A program made the position numbers and the translations under genes. This document shows positions 9,822 through 18,680 of a stretch of 41,416 nt of DNA, piece after piece. Each line of letters starts with the position of its first letter. The first letter of the stretch is position 1. The notes below the pieces were generated by a model. That model did no database searches. It was not told where the DNA came from and saw nothing but the letters and a program-made list of their open reading frames with translations. Source of the stretch: Oligoflexales bacterium (GTDB lineage Bacteria > Bdellovibrionota_B > Oligoflexia > Oligoflexales > CAIYRB01); assembly GCA_041736175.1 (NCBI GenBank), contig JBGSUI010000105.1, positions 1 to 41,416 of the forward strand, read 5' to 3'.

Positions 9822-9877
9822 TTGGCTAATCCTAAGGGTTAAGTTATGCTAAATTTGGCTCAAAACGAGCCGAATTT
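9822..9877 (+). promoter_or_regulatory. Putative sigma70 promoter followed by an inverted repeat
   Basis: TTGGCT (9822)-N17-TATGCT (9845), then AAATTTGGCTC-aaaac-GAGCCGAATTT (9851-9877, one mismatch). Confidence 0.45.
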
Positions 9878-9915
9878 TGAATATCACAAACATATCAGGC
9901 GGATACCTTTTAAAA

Positions 9916-11241
9916 ATGCAGCGTCATGGCCTTAATCACCTTATCCAATGGAAAAATCGTGGGTCCCGCAAACCCTTGTTGGTGCGGGGAGCCCGCCAAG
10001 TGGGAAAAAGCTACTTGATTCGCGAATTCGGCAAAGACCACTTTGCCAATATGGTCGAAATCAATTTTGAAATGCGCCCCGATCTTGCTTCTCTCTTTAG
10101 GGGCAGCCTCGACCCTGTCCGCCTGGTGCGGGATCTAAAGATCGCTACAGAACAGGAAATTCAACCAGGTCAGACTCTATTGTTTTTTGATGAGATCCAG
10201 CTTGCGCCCCAGGCTCTGACTGCACTTCGGTATTTTTACGAAAAAATGCCCGAACTCCATGTGATTGCTGCAGGGTCGCTTCTCGAATTTGCCATCGAAG
10301 AGGTAGGTATCCCTGTGGGTAGAGTCGAGTCCTTTTATCTTTACCCTATGAACTTCAGAGAGTTTTTGGCAGCCCGAGGCCAACGAAACCTGACCGAGCT
10401 GTTAACGGAACATCGCTCCTTGGCTCCCCTGAGCGATTTTGCCCATGCTCAGTTGTTGGCTTTGGCCTGGGAGCATCTGGCGGTTGGAGGAATGCCCGAG
10501 GCCGTACGGGTCTGGGTAGAAACCCAGGATCTCCAACAGGTGACTCATGTGCATGCAACGCTTGTTGAAAACTATCGACAGGATTTTCCAAAGTACGCTC
10601 GACGTGCGCAAATTAAGTATGTTGAAACAGTTTTTCAAGCAATCCCCAGGCTTCTTGGTAGAAAATGTGTTTTCTCCCATATCGATCCTGCACTTAAGTC
10701 CCGAGATCTCAAAGCCGCTTTGCAGCTCCTCGCAAAAGCTGGGGTCGCTCATATCGTGCACCATAGCAATGCCAATGGGCTACCCTTAGGCGCCGAGACT
10801 AAATCTGAGGTTTTTAAAGTCATCTTTTTGGATGTGGCGCTCGCGGAGGCCATGCTGGGATTAAAGCCTGGGGCGTGGATTCTCGATCCCAAAACCCAAT
10901 TAGCCAATCGGGGTGCAATCGTAGAAAGCTATGTGGGCCAAGAACTCCTAGCTGCCAGTCCGCCCAATATTCGTGCAGAGCTGTTTTATTGGGTGCGAGA
11001 AAAATCCACGAGCTTAGCCGAGGTCGACTATCTATGGACCTATGAGGATCAGATCGTACCTATCGAAGTCAAAAGCGGAAGCGGACGACGCGGAAAAAGC
11101 GTCCAACTCTTTCTCACCGAAAAACCCCATATCAAAAGCTTTTGCCAGGTCTCAATCGATCCTTTTCAGACCCTACGAAACGGCAGAAACATCCCCCTCT
11201 ATGCTGTGGATCATTGCCAATGTCTGTCGATAAACCCCTGA
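9916..11241 (+). CDS. AAA_14 ATPase with DUF4143 domain and C-terminal PD-(D/E)xK-like motif
   Basis: Walker A GARQVGKS, Walker B FFDEIQ, AGS, LYPMNFREF, GGMPE and EVDY...PIEVKSG. ATG 9916 preferred over TTG 9877. Confidence 0.9.
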   Translation: MQRHGLNHLIQWKNRGSRKPLLVRGARQVGKSYLIREFGKDHFANMVEINFEMRPDLASLFRGSLDPVRLVRDLKIATEQEIQPGQTLLFFDEIQLAPQALTALRYFYEKMPELHVIAAGSLLEFAIEEVGIPVGRVESFYLYPMNFREFLAARGQRNLTELLTEHRSLAPLSDFAHAQLLALAWEHLAVGGMPEAVRVWVETQDLQQVTHVHATLVENYRQDFPKYARRAQIKYVETVFQAIPRLLGRKCVFSHIDPALKSRDLKAALQLLAKAGVAHIVHHSNANGLPLGAETKSEVFKVIFLDVALAEAMLGLKPGAWILDPKTQLANRGAIVESYVGQELLAASPPNIRAELFYWVREKSTSLAEVDYLWTYEDQIVPIEVKSGSGRRGKSVQLFLTEKPHIKSFCQVSIDPFQTLRNGRNIPLYAVDHCQCLSINP

Positions 11242-12029
11242 GGCAACTTGAGCTCATGGGCATATTCTAGGTCGAGTCCAATAAAGCGGACCCCCAAAAA
11301 ATGCTGGACCCATTCAGGCCCCTCCACCAAAAGCTTTTTCCAGGGGCCATCTGCCACGACCACCCCATCGTTGACGACGATCAACCTTTCGGCAAATCGA
11401 ATCCCGATCTCAATATTAGACGTGACCACCATCTGGATCCGTTCTTCGGACCCATGATCCGCTGGATGGGCGCCCTCAGCCAACGCAGCAATCATATTCA
11501 GGATGATCGTCGACGTGACCGGGTCGAGCCCTGAGGTGGGCTCATCAAAAATCGCGACCTGGGGTCTGGTGCAAAGGGCTCTGGCAATCCCCACCCGCCG
11601 CTGCATCCCTCCCGACAGTTCAAAGGGATACATATTTTCGGTCCGCCCGAGCTTGACCCCTGCCAAAAGGACTTTGATCCGTTCTTCCATCTCCTTGCGG
11701 GTCGAAGGCGTCATATGCTCCATGGCAAAGATCAGATTGTCTTTAACCGTCATAAAATCAAACAAGGCTCCCTGCTGGAAAGCCATGCCCACGGACTTAA
11801 GGACTTTTTGCCGCTCGGTTTCAGGTGATTTCACCATATCAAGCCCGATCAGCTCCACTTGGCCCGCAGAGGGTTTTAACAAACCCAAAATAATCTTTAA
11901 GATCGTGGATTTTCCACATCCTCCGGGACCGACTAAGCTCACCTTTTCTCCGGGCTTGATCTCAAAGCTAATATCTTGCAGCAGGGGAACACCCCCAAAC
12001 CCTATGCTGACACCCTCCAGCTTTATCAT
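11211..12029 (-). CDS. ABC transporter ATP-binding protein, MlaF-like
   Basis: GPGGCGKS, AFQQGALFD, LSGGMQRRV and DEPTSGLDP motifs. The H-loop reads VVTSN. Confidence 0.85.
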   Translation of the reverse strand: MIKLEGVSIGFGGVPLLQDISFEIKPGEKVSLVGPGGCGKSTILKIILGLLKPSAGQVELIGLDMVKSPETERQKVLKSVGMAFQQGALFDFMTVKDNLIFAMEHMTPSTRKEMEERIKVLLAGVKLGRTENMYPFELSGGMQRRVGIARALCTRPQVAIFDEPTSGLDPVTSTIILNMIAALAEGAHPADHGSEERIQMVVTSNIEIGIRFAERLIVVNDGVVVADGPWKKLLVEGPEWVQHFLGVRFIGLDLEYAHELKLPQGFIDRHWQ

Positions 12030-12358
12030 TTCTTTTTGTCCCCTTATCTAGGTCGGACGCAGCTCACTGCTAACTCTTTGAAAGTTTATATTCTTCCTGA
12101 AAAGATTGAAACCCACCGGATGATTTCTGCGAAATTGTGTATACTCCTAGTCGTCAAAGTTTCCAGTGAACAGGTTTTGCAAAAAAAAACCTTCTCACGT
12201 GCATAAAGCGTTGCCAAGTTTTCATTTTAAACGCAGGATCAAGGTTTGAATTTAGCGGAGCGCAAGAAGTGGAAAAAAGCCCCCCAACCTCTCGCCAATA
12301 CAGTCGTATTCGTGGTTTGATTGCTCTGACCCCTCCCCTTCCCTGCTCGGTCCAGAGC

Positions 12359-13861
12359 ATGCAACACGGGTCTACGGGAGGATCATCCCCCCAGCAGTGG
12401 TTGGGCCTCGTCTATGGCATCGGCGAAGAGTATGTTCTGATTAAACCCATTGAAACCACCATAGGGTCTAAGCCACCGTCTGAGGGTTTTTTCTCGGGGA
12501 TTCCCACTCTGCTCGATACCCCCTTGGCCGACGATGGGCCATGGTCTCTGACCATCACCTTTGACCACTGTCACGTCTATCAGATTCAAGCCCACAGACA
12601 CCCTTCGACCCCCGAAGACAGGCTGGGTCATGACTTATCTCCGACCCCTGTTTCCGGTCACTTTTCCCTCCAGGGCCTTATAACGGACCGGATTCTGTTT
12701 AAGGCTGTCGAGACCCACAAGCTCGGGGACCTCTTGACCCTCATCCGCAAAAACCAGCATATCTCCTTATGCTCCACGGTTGATGTGGAGGCCAAGGATC
12801 GGAATACAGGTTTTTCCGAGGTCGTCCTGAAACCCCAGGCTCTTCCCGAGCTGGACTGGCATGAGCTCGATACGACGACGGAGTTTCTAGGCCACCGTTT
12901 TGCCTACCCCATCCTGATCACCGGCATGACCGGTGGACTGGAACAGGGCGCCAGCATCAACCGGCACCTTGCGCTTGCTGCCCAGGCACTCCGCATCCCC
13001 ATGGGTGTGGGATCACAACGAGTCGCCCTCGACAATCCCGAGCACTCTGCTATTTTTTGTGTGAAAAAATTTGCCCCTAAGGTGTTTTTGATCGGCAACT
13101 TAGGTATCGCCCAGATCGCCCATGTAAGCCCCGAAACCGCCTTAGACCTTTGCCGACGGGCCGTCAAGATGATCGATGCCGATGCCTTGGCCCTCCACGC
13201 CAATGTCCTCCAGGAGGCTGTCCAGATCGAAGGAGACCGCAACTTTAGGGGCGTCCTCCGCAATATCGAGTTTGTCACCGCTAGACTCGGGGTGCCGGTC
13301 ATCCTAAAGGAAGTCGGCGTGGGTCTCGACCTAGAGACGGGACTGCGCCTTGGGGAGGCCGGGATCGCTGCCCTAGACGTGGGGGGCAAAGGAGGAACCT
13401 CCTGGAGTTATATCGAAGGTTTGAGGACCAGCGAGCCCTTGGTGCGGCAGGTGGCCGAAGTCTACCGCGACTGGGGAATCCCCACGGCCGTGGCGCTGTA
13501 TGAAATGTCCCGCCACCTCTCTCGCCCGATCCCCCTGATCGCTACTGGCGGGATGCGGGATGGATACATGATCGCCAAGGGGGTGGCCTTGGGGGCAACC
13601 CTTTGTGGTGTAGGGCTCCCCCTGCTTAAGGCTGCCCTCAAAAGCACGGAAGAGGTGGCCTACACCGTCGAAACCCTCGTCCATGGACTTAAAACAGCGA
13701 TGATTGCAACGGGTTCTGCGTCTCTAAAAGACCTTAAAAAACCTCTGCGACTGAGTAAAACCTTTCTAGACCTTGTCGACCTTTGGGGCTCCCACGACGA
13801 CGTTTCACGAGCAGCTCCATTTCCCCCATTGTCCCTATCCCGATCTGAGGTACCCCTATGA
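12359..13861 (+). CDS. fni: Type 2 (FMN-dependent) isopentenyl-diphosphate isomerase with N-terminal extension
   Basis: RKNQH, ITGMTGG, MGVGSQR, QIEGD, KEVGVG, GGTSW, DWGIPT and ATGGMR motifs. Start uncertain (GTG 12269 or ATG 12359). Confidence 0.92.
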   Translation: MQHGSTGGSSPQQWLGLVYGIGEEYVLIKPIETTIGSKPPSEGFFSGIPTLLDTPLADDGPWSLTITFDHCHVYQIQAHRHPSTPEDRLGHDLSPTPVSGHFSLQGLITDRILFKAVETHKLGDLLTLIRKNQHISLCSTVDVEAKDRNTGFSEVVLKPQALPELDWHELDTTTEFLGHRFAYPILITGMTGGLEQGASINRHLALAAQALRIPMGVGSQRVALDNPEHSAIFCVKKFAPKVFLIGNLGIAQIAHVSPETALDLCRRAVKMIDADALALHANVLQEAVQIEGDRNFRGVLRNIEFVTARLGVPVILKEVGVGLDLETGLRLGEAGIAALDVGGKGGTSWSYIEGLRTSEPLVRQVAEVYRDWGIPTAVALYEMSRHLSRPIPLIATGGMRDGYMIAKGVALGATLCGVGLPLLKAALKSTEEVAYTVETLVHGLKTAMIATGSASLKDLKKPLRLSKTFLDLVDLWGSHDDVSRAAPFPPLSLSRSEVPL

Positions 13862-15279
13862 CCAAGGTTCCTGATGCCCCCCACAGAATCCAGGGTGCCT
13901 CCACCACGGCACACCCGACACCCCGTCCCGCACAGGACGGCTCAAGAGTTTTTTCGTCCCGCCTACCAGGATTTTACGAGTTGCCCATCACCGAAAGGCT
14001 GGATATTTGCTGCCAACTCACAGGCCTTAATCCCGCCGAGGCGGCCCATCTTCACAACTTTGGTGCTCTCAATGGATCCCTTGTGGATGTTTTTATCGAG
14101 AACGCCATCGGCACCCTTCCCCTGCCCTTGGGGATCGCCACAAACTTTCATATCAACGGCAAAGACGTTTTGGTGCCCATGGCTGTAGAAGAGACCAGCG
14201 TCCTCGCAGCCGCCAGTCACGGGGCTAAACTCGCTCGCGCAGGGGGCGGTTTTCAGGCGGTTTCCACCCGTCCTGTGATGACGGGCCAAATCCAAGTGGT
14301 CCTTAAACCTCAAACCGAAACATCGACTCTGGGTAAACCCTTTTTTACTTGGGAAGAAAGGGTCCAGACCACCCATGAACTCCTCCAACAGTACCAAAGT
14401 ATCTTGGTCGATTATGCCAACCGTGGACAGGAGCGCCTTCTGGAACGGGGAGGGGGAGCTCTTTCCGTGGATTGGCACTTTATCCCTGAAATGGAGAGTG
14501 CGGTGATCCATGTTTATGTGGATACCCAGGATGCCATGGGAGCCAATATCGTCAACACCATGTGCGAGCGGGTTGGCACACTGCTGCCAGAAATCTTACC
14601 CTGTGACGTGGGTTTGCGGATTTTGACCAATCTTACGGATCGGCGCGTCACCAAGGTTAGCTGCCTTGTGCCTTGGACAGCTCTTAAGTCAGCGGATCCC
14701 ATCCGTGATTTCGATGGTCACCAGGTGGTGGACCGGATCGTGATGGCTTACCAATTTGCAAAATACGATATCCACCGAGCTGCGACCAACAACAAAGGGA
14801 TTATGAACGGGATCGACCCCGTCCTGATCGCAACGGGAAACGACTGGAGAGCAATCGAGGCTGGTGCCCATGCCTACACCGCTCGCCATGGTCGTTATAG
14901 TCCTATGGCCCATTGGACTAAGACGGCTGATGGTCACCTGGAGGGTCACCTAGAACTGCCCATGGCGGTCGGCGTTGTGGGTGGGGTCACCCGACTCCAC
15001 CCCACGGCTAAGGCAGCCCTAAAGATTATGGGTTCGCCATCCGCAAATGAGCTTGCACAGATCGTCGTCTCAGTAGGACTCGCCCAAAACCTTTCGGCTT
15101 TGCGTGCTCTTGCTGCGGAAGGAATCCAGCATGGGCATATGGGATTGCACCAGAGCAATCTCGAAATGATGCAACGGGGCACCCATGTTGGGCCCAGTGA
15201 CCCTCCCTTACAAGATCGGGATCCCAGACCTCGGGAGGTCCCTCAACAAATGATCAAGGGTGGGGGGGGCTACCCATGA
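13858..15279 (+). CDS. mvaA: Class II HMG-CoA reductase
   Basis: ENAIG, PMAVEETSV, DAMGAN, KGIMNG, GNDWRAIEA and GIQHGHMGLH motifs; ATGA-coupled. Confidence 0.93.
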   Translation: MTKVPDAPHRIQGASTTAHPTPRPAQDGSRVFSSRLPGFYELPITERLDICCQLTGLNPAEAAHLHNFGALNGSLVDVFIENAIGTLPLPLGIATNFHINGKDVLVPMAVEETSVLAAASHGAKLARAGGGFQAVSTRPVMTGQIQVVLKPQTETSTLGKPFFTWEERVQTTHELLQQYQSILVDYANRGQERLLERGGGALSVDWHFIPEMESAVIHVYVDTQDAMGANIVNTMCERVGTLLPEILPCDVGLRILTNLTDRRVTKVSCLVPWTALKSADPIRDFDGHQVVDRIVMAYQFAKYDIHRAATNNKGIMNGIDPVLIATGNDWRAIEAGAHAYTARHGRYSPMAHWTKTADGHLEGHLELPMAVGVVGGVTRLHPTAKAALKIMGSPSANELAQIVVSVGLAQNLSALRALAAEGIQHGHMGLHQSNLEMMQRGTHVGPSDPPLQDRDPRPREVPQQMIKGGGGYP

Positions 15280-16541
15280 TTTCCGTTCGGGTCCCGGGTA
15301 AAGTGATGTTGGCCGGGGAGTATGCCGTACTCACTGGGCGACCGGCCCTTGCAGCGACCCTTGACCAGCATCTTTTGGTGCGGGCACGGACTGGTTCGCC
15401 CTACGGGTCTGACTCAAACGGGCTCCTCGTGACCTCTGACTTGTGGGTAGATTTAGGAGAGCATCAAGAGCGTCTCCCGGTCGGATATCTTATCGATCGC
15501 CGTGGGTCTTATGTTTGTCCCCTCTACGCGGGTAAAAACCGACCTGGAAAAGAGTGGGGTCCCGTCATCAATCTTTTGGGAAATCGTAAGGCGATTCTAG
15601 ACGCACTAGAGCAGCAAGTACCTTCCAGCCATCTCCCCCTCCTGTTGGCTGCCTGGGAAGGAGCTCAGACTTTTAAGATCGATGGGGGAGCCCTTCATGT
15701 GATCTCGGAGTTAGATGTCCGCTTTGGTCTGGGGAGTTCGTCTGCCCTTTACCTGGGAGTTTTTGGAGCCTGTGGGGCTATGGCAGGGGCCTGGGGCCAA
15801 AACCCTGGGAGCGACCAGCCAAACTGGCAGATTCCACGTCTGGCCATGAAGCTCCAGCACACCCTACAAAAAAGGGCTTCGGGCTACGATATAGCGACCC
15901 AGTTTCTGGGTGGGATGGTCGAATTCCAGATCCACCAGGAGACCCAAGACAGTTTGGGCGACCCTTACCTTTGGCCTGGAAAGGTGGTCCGTCATCCTGA
16001 GGGAACCTCTAGAAGGCTTGCCCGGTATGCCCATGTTTTTGTGGGGGGACGAGGGGCACCTACGGGACCTTTAGTGAAATCAACGGTCGATTGGATCCAC
16101 GAACGAGGTGTTTGGCAGGATCTCTGCTCTCTCGATGAGAGGGTCCAGGCTAGCCTTAAACAACTATTGGCAATATCTCCATCCGAAGCGACTCCTCTAT
16201 CCCTGATCGAAGAATTTTACGGGGCTGTCAAAAACCATCGGCAGCTTATCCGCCAAATGCCCCAGTACCCTGGAGAGATTGCCATAGCCCTTCAAGAGAC
16301 CCCTGGATGCGATAAGGCTTGGACCTTTAAGACGACAGGAGCTGGAGGCGAAGATGCCCTCTTGCTTTGGGGAGAAATCCCGTATTTAATGGACGCGACC
16401 AAGGTTCTAAGGGGTTTGGGATGGAAACGGCTGGAAGCTGGATTTGAGCGTTTTGGGATGCAGGTTCAGTTAAACCAAAAAGGCGTCCATAAAAACGCCA
16501 CAAGGGATTTAGGTTCCAGTCTCCGAGGAGAATTCCGATGA
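15276..16541 (+). CDS. GHMP kinase, probable phosphomevalonate kinase
   Basis: PGKVMLAGEYAVL, GLGSSSA, SGYDIA and KTTGAGGED motifs; position inside the mevalonate operon. Confidence 0.8.
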   Translation: MISVRVPGKVMLAGEYAVLTGRPALAATLDQHLLVRARTGSPYGSDSNGLLVTSDLWVDLGEHQERLPVGYLIDRRGSYVCPLYAGKNRPGKEWGPVINLLGNRKAILDALEQQVPSSHLPLLLAAWEGAQTFKIDGGALHVISELDVRFGLGSSSALYLGVFGACGAMAGAWGQNPGSDQPNWQIPRLAMKLQHTLQKRASGYDIATQFLGGMVEFQIHQETQDSLGDPYLWPGKVVRHPEGTSRRLARYAHVFVGGRGAPTGPLVKSTVDWIHERGVWQDLCSLDERVQASLKQLLAISPSEATPLSLIEEFYGAVKNHRQLIRQMPQYPGEIAIALQETPGCDKAWTFKTTGAGGEDALLLWGEIPYLMDATKVLRGLGWKRLEAGFERFGMQVQLNQKGVHKNATRDLGSSLRGEFR

Positions 16542-17638
16542 ACCAGGCTCAAGACTCTCATAAAGGTGGCCGTTGGTCTGTGGCAAAGGTACCCAGCAAC
16601 ATTGCACTCCTCAAGTACTGGGGCAAAAAAGACGAATCCACCCAGTGGCCGGCCAACGATTCCCTGTCGATGACCCTTGAACATGCCCTGACGGTGACAA
16701 AAGCCCGTCCCCTTGCAGGAATCGATCAGGCCACAGCGCAACCTCCCTTAGACCAGGTGACCATTGGTGGTCGCACCCTCTCGTCCCTTTCCGATAGTGG
16801 GCACAAGGCACTGGCCCATCTGCGCCGCTTGCGGGAGCTCACTGGATTTAAGAGCCTCCTCGAAGTAGAGTCCTCCAACACTTTTCCTTCAGAGTGCGGC
16901 ATTGCGTCCAGTGCCAGCGGCCTCGGAGCTCTGACCCTAGCAGCCCTAGGAGCTTGGACTGGTTCCAAAAATTTAGGAGAGTTAGAAGCCAACGGCTACT
17001 GCCGCAATCGACTTGCTCAGCTTGCTCGGCTTGGGTCCGGGAGTGCGTGCCGGAGTTTTTGGGGGGGATTTGTGGCATGGGAAGCGGGGCCTCAAGGGGA
17101 CCGGCAGCGAGTCTACCCTGTGGCCGTGGACCTGGATTTCAAATTGGCCGACCTGATCGTGGTGCTCTCCAAACAACCAAAAGGTCTTTCCTCAACGGAA
17201 GGTCATCGCAGCGCCTGGACCAGTCCGCTGTTTGCTCCACGGCTTGCCAGCCATAGGAGCCGCTACCAACAGATGCAACAGGCCCTCAAAAAGCGCGATT
17301 TGGAATCCATGGGTGCCATCATGGAAGTCGAAGCCCTTGAAATGCATAGTGTGATGATGACAGCCCAGCCTCCAGCTCGGTACTGGACCGACGAAACATC
17401 TCCATTAATTACATGGATCAGAGAGGAACGGCTTGCCGGTCGCCTACCAGCATGGTTTACCATCGATGCGGGCCCAAATGTTCACGTGATCTGCGACTTG
17501 AAGGACGCACCAAACGTCATGGCCAAAATACGCGCACGATACCAAAACCTAGCCCAAGAACACCCCAACAGCAGGTATGATGGGGTTGAGATCATCCAAG
17601 ATCAGACAGGGCACGGCCCTTTTTTAGGTGTGGAGTAG
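16538..17638 (+). CDS. mvaD: Diphosphomevalonate decarboxylase
   Basis: SNIALLKYWGK, GIASSASG, GSGSACRS and TIDAGPNVH motifs. Confidence 0.93.
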   Translation: MNQAQDSHKGGRWSVAKVPSNIALLKYWGKKDESTQWPANDSLSMTLEHALTVTKARPLAGIDQATAQPPLDQVTIGGRTLSSLSDSGHKALAHLRRLRELTGFKSLLEVESSNTFPSECGIASSASGLGALTLAALGAWTGSKNLGELEANGYCRNRLAQLARLGSGSACRSFWGGFVAWEAGPQGDRQRVYPVAVDLDFKLADLIVVLSKQPKGLSSTEGHRSAWTSPLFAPRLASHRSRYQQMQQALKKRDLESMGAIMEVEALEMHSVMMTAQPPARYWTDETSPLITWIREERLAGRLPAWFTIDAGPNVHVICDLKDAPNVMAKIRARYQNLAQEHPNSRYDGVEIIQDQTGHGPFLGVE

Positions 17639-17645
17639 ACGATTC

Positions 17646-18665
17646 ATGATGCATCCAGGGAACCGCACTCCCCAACCTATGGCGATAAGCTCTGTACCCC
17701 ACGGATGGCACCCAAATCGAGGGGTCGCTGGGATACCCGTGATCAGCCAAGCCGAAGCCCACGGCAAGACGATCTTAGTAGGCGAACATGCCGTGATCTA
17801 CGGAGCACAGGCCATTGCGATGCCGGTCCGATCGGTTGGCATGCGGGTGACATTGACTCCGTGCTTACGTCCAGAACAGCCAGTGACCATCAAGGCCACC
17901 CTTGGGGGTCGGGGGGTGTCTGATCATTTGAAGGGCGTGATTTTTGAAGCTTTTGAAATTTTAGGGGTCCCACCTTTTTCTCTGGAACTAAGTGGTTCTT
18001 CGACGGGCCTTATAGGTGCTGGTTTAGGATCTTCGGCGACTCTTTGTATCGTCATCCTCAAATCGATTTCTGGAGCCTTGGGGATGTCTCTTAATGAGGG
18101 ACAACTAGCGACCCTCGGCAACCAGCTCGAACGGCATTTCCATGGAAACCCTTCGGGCCTTGATACCTCTGTAGTCGCCTACGAAAAGACAATCTGTTTT
18201 CGCAAGGGTTCCGCACCCGAGGTGATCTCTGTGGAATTACCAGATAACGGATCCACAAACGATTGGCCTTTTGTGCTTTTGGACAGCCAGACCCGCTCGT
18301 CGACGATTGCCATGGTCAAAGGGGTGGCCCCGTTTTTTTTGGGCCAGGAAGGTCCACGCCGCGTCCAAAAATTTGATAGCCTATCCCATCAAGTCAAAGC
18401 GGGGCTAGAGACCGCCTCAGCAGACAGCGTGGCCGATGCCATGAAGGAAGCAGGGTCCTTGTTAAGGCAGGCGGGAGCGTCGTCCTTGGTTCTCGATGAT
18501 CTAGTCGATCTTTGCGGTCGTTTGGGGGTCTTGGCAGCAAAACCTACAGGAGCTGGCGGCGGAGGATGCGTGTTGGCACTTTTGGATCCGGTCCGCAGCG
18601 ACCACCAAAAAGCCAAGCTGGTCGACTGTCTCGGGGCCTCGCGGGTGATTGATGTTCACCAATAG
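17646..18665 (+). CDS. mvk: Mevalonate kinase
   Basis: HGKTILVGEHAVIYG, GLGSSA, HGNPSGLD and KPTGAGGGG motifs. Start approximate (GGAG upstream of ATG 17646). Confidence 0.88.
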   Translation: MMHPGNRTPQPMAISSVPHGWHPNRGVAGIPVISQAEAHGKTILVGEHAVIYGAQAIAMPVRSVGMRVTLTPCLRPEQPVTIKATLGGRGVSDHLKGVIFEAFEILGVPPFSLELSGSSTGLIGAGLGSSATLCIVILKSISGALGMSLNEGQLATLGNQLERHFHGNPSGLDTSVVAYEKTICFRKGSAPEVISVELPDNGSTNDWPFVLLDSQTRSSTIAMVKGVAPFFLGQEGPRRVQKFDSLSHQVKAGLETASADSVADAMKEAGSLLRQAGASSLVLDDLVDLCGRLGVLAAKPTGAGGGGCVLALLDPVRSDHQKAKLVDCLGASRVIDVHQ

Positions 18666-18680
18666 TTGTTTAGCAATGGT

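Noticed and set aside
11503..12051. Long antisense or alternate-frame ORFs (also 12904-13389, 13963-14511, 22192-22626, 38010-38495)
   Set aside because: Shadows of well-supported genes on the opposite strand, with no independent motifs.
12200..12220. Possible sigma54 promoter for the ABC ATPase gene
   Set aside because: The GG-to-GC spacing is 11 nt rather than the required 10.
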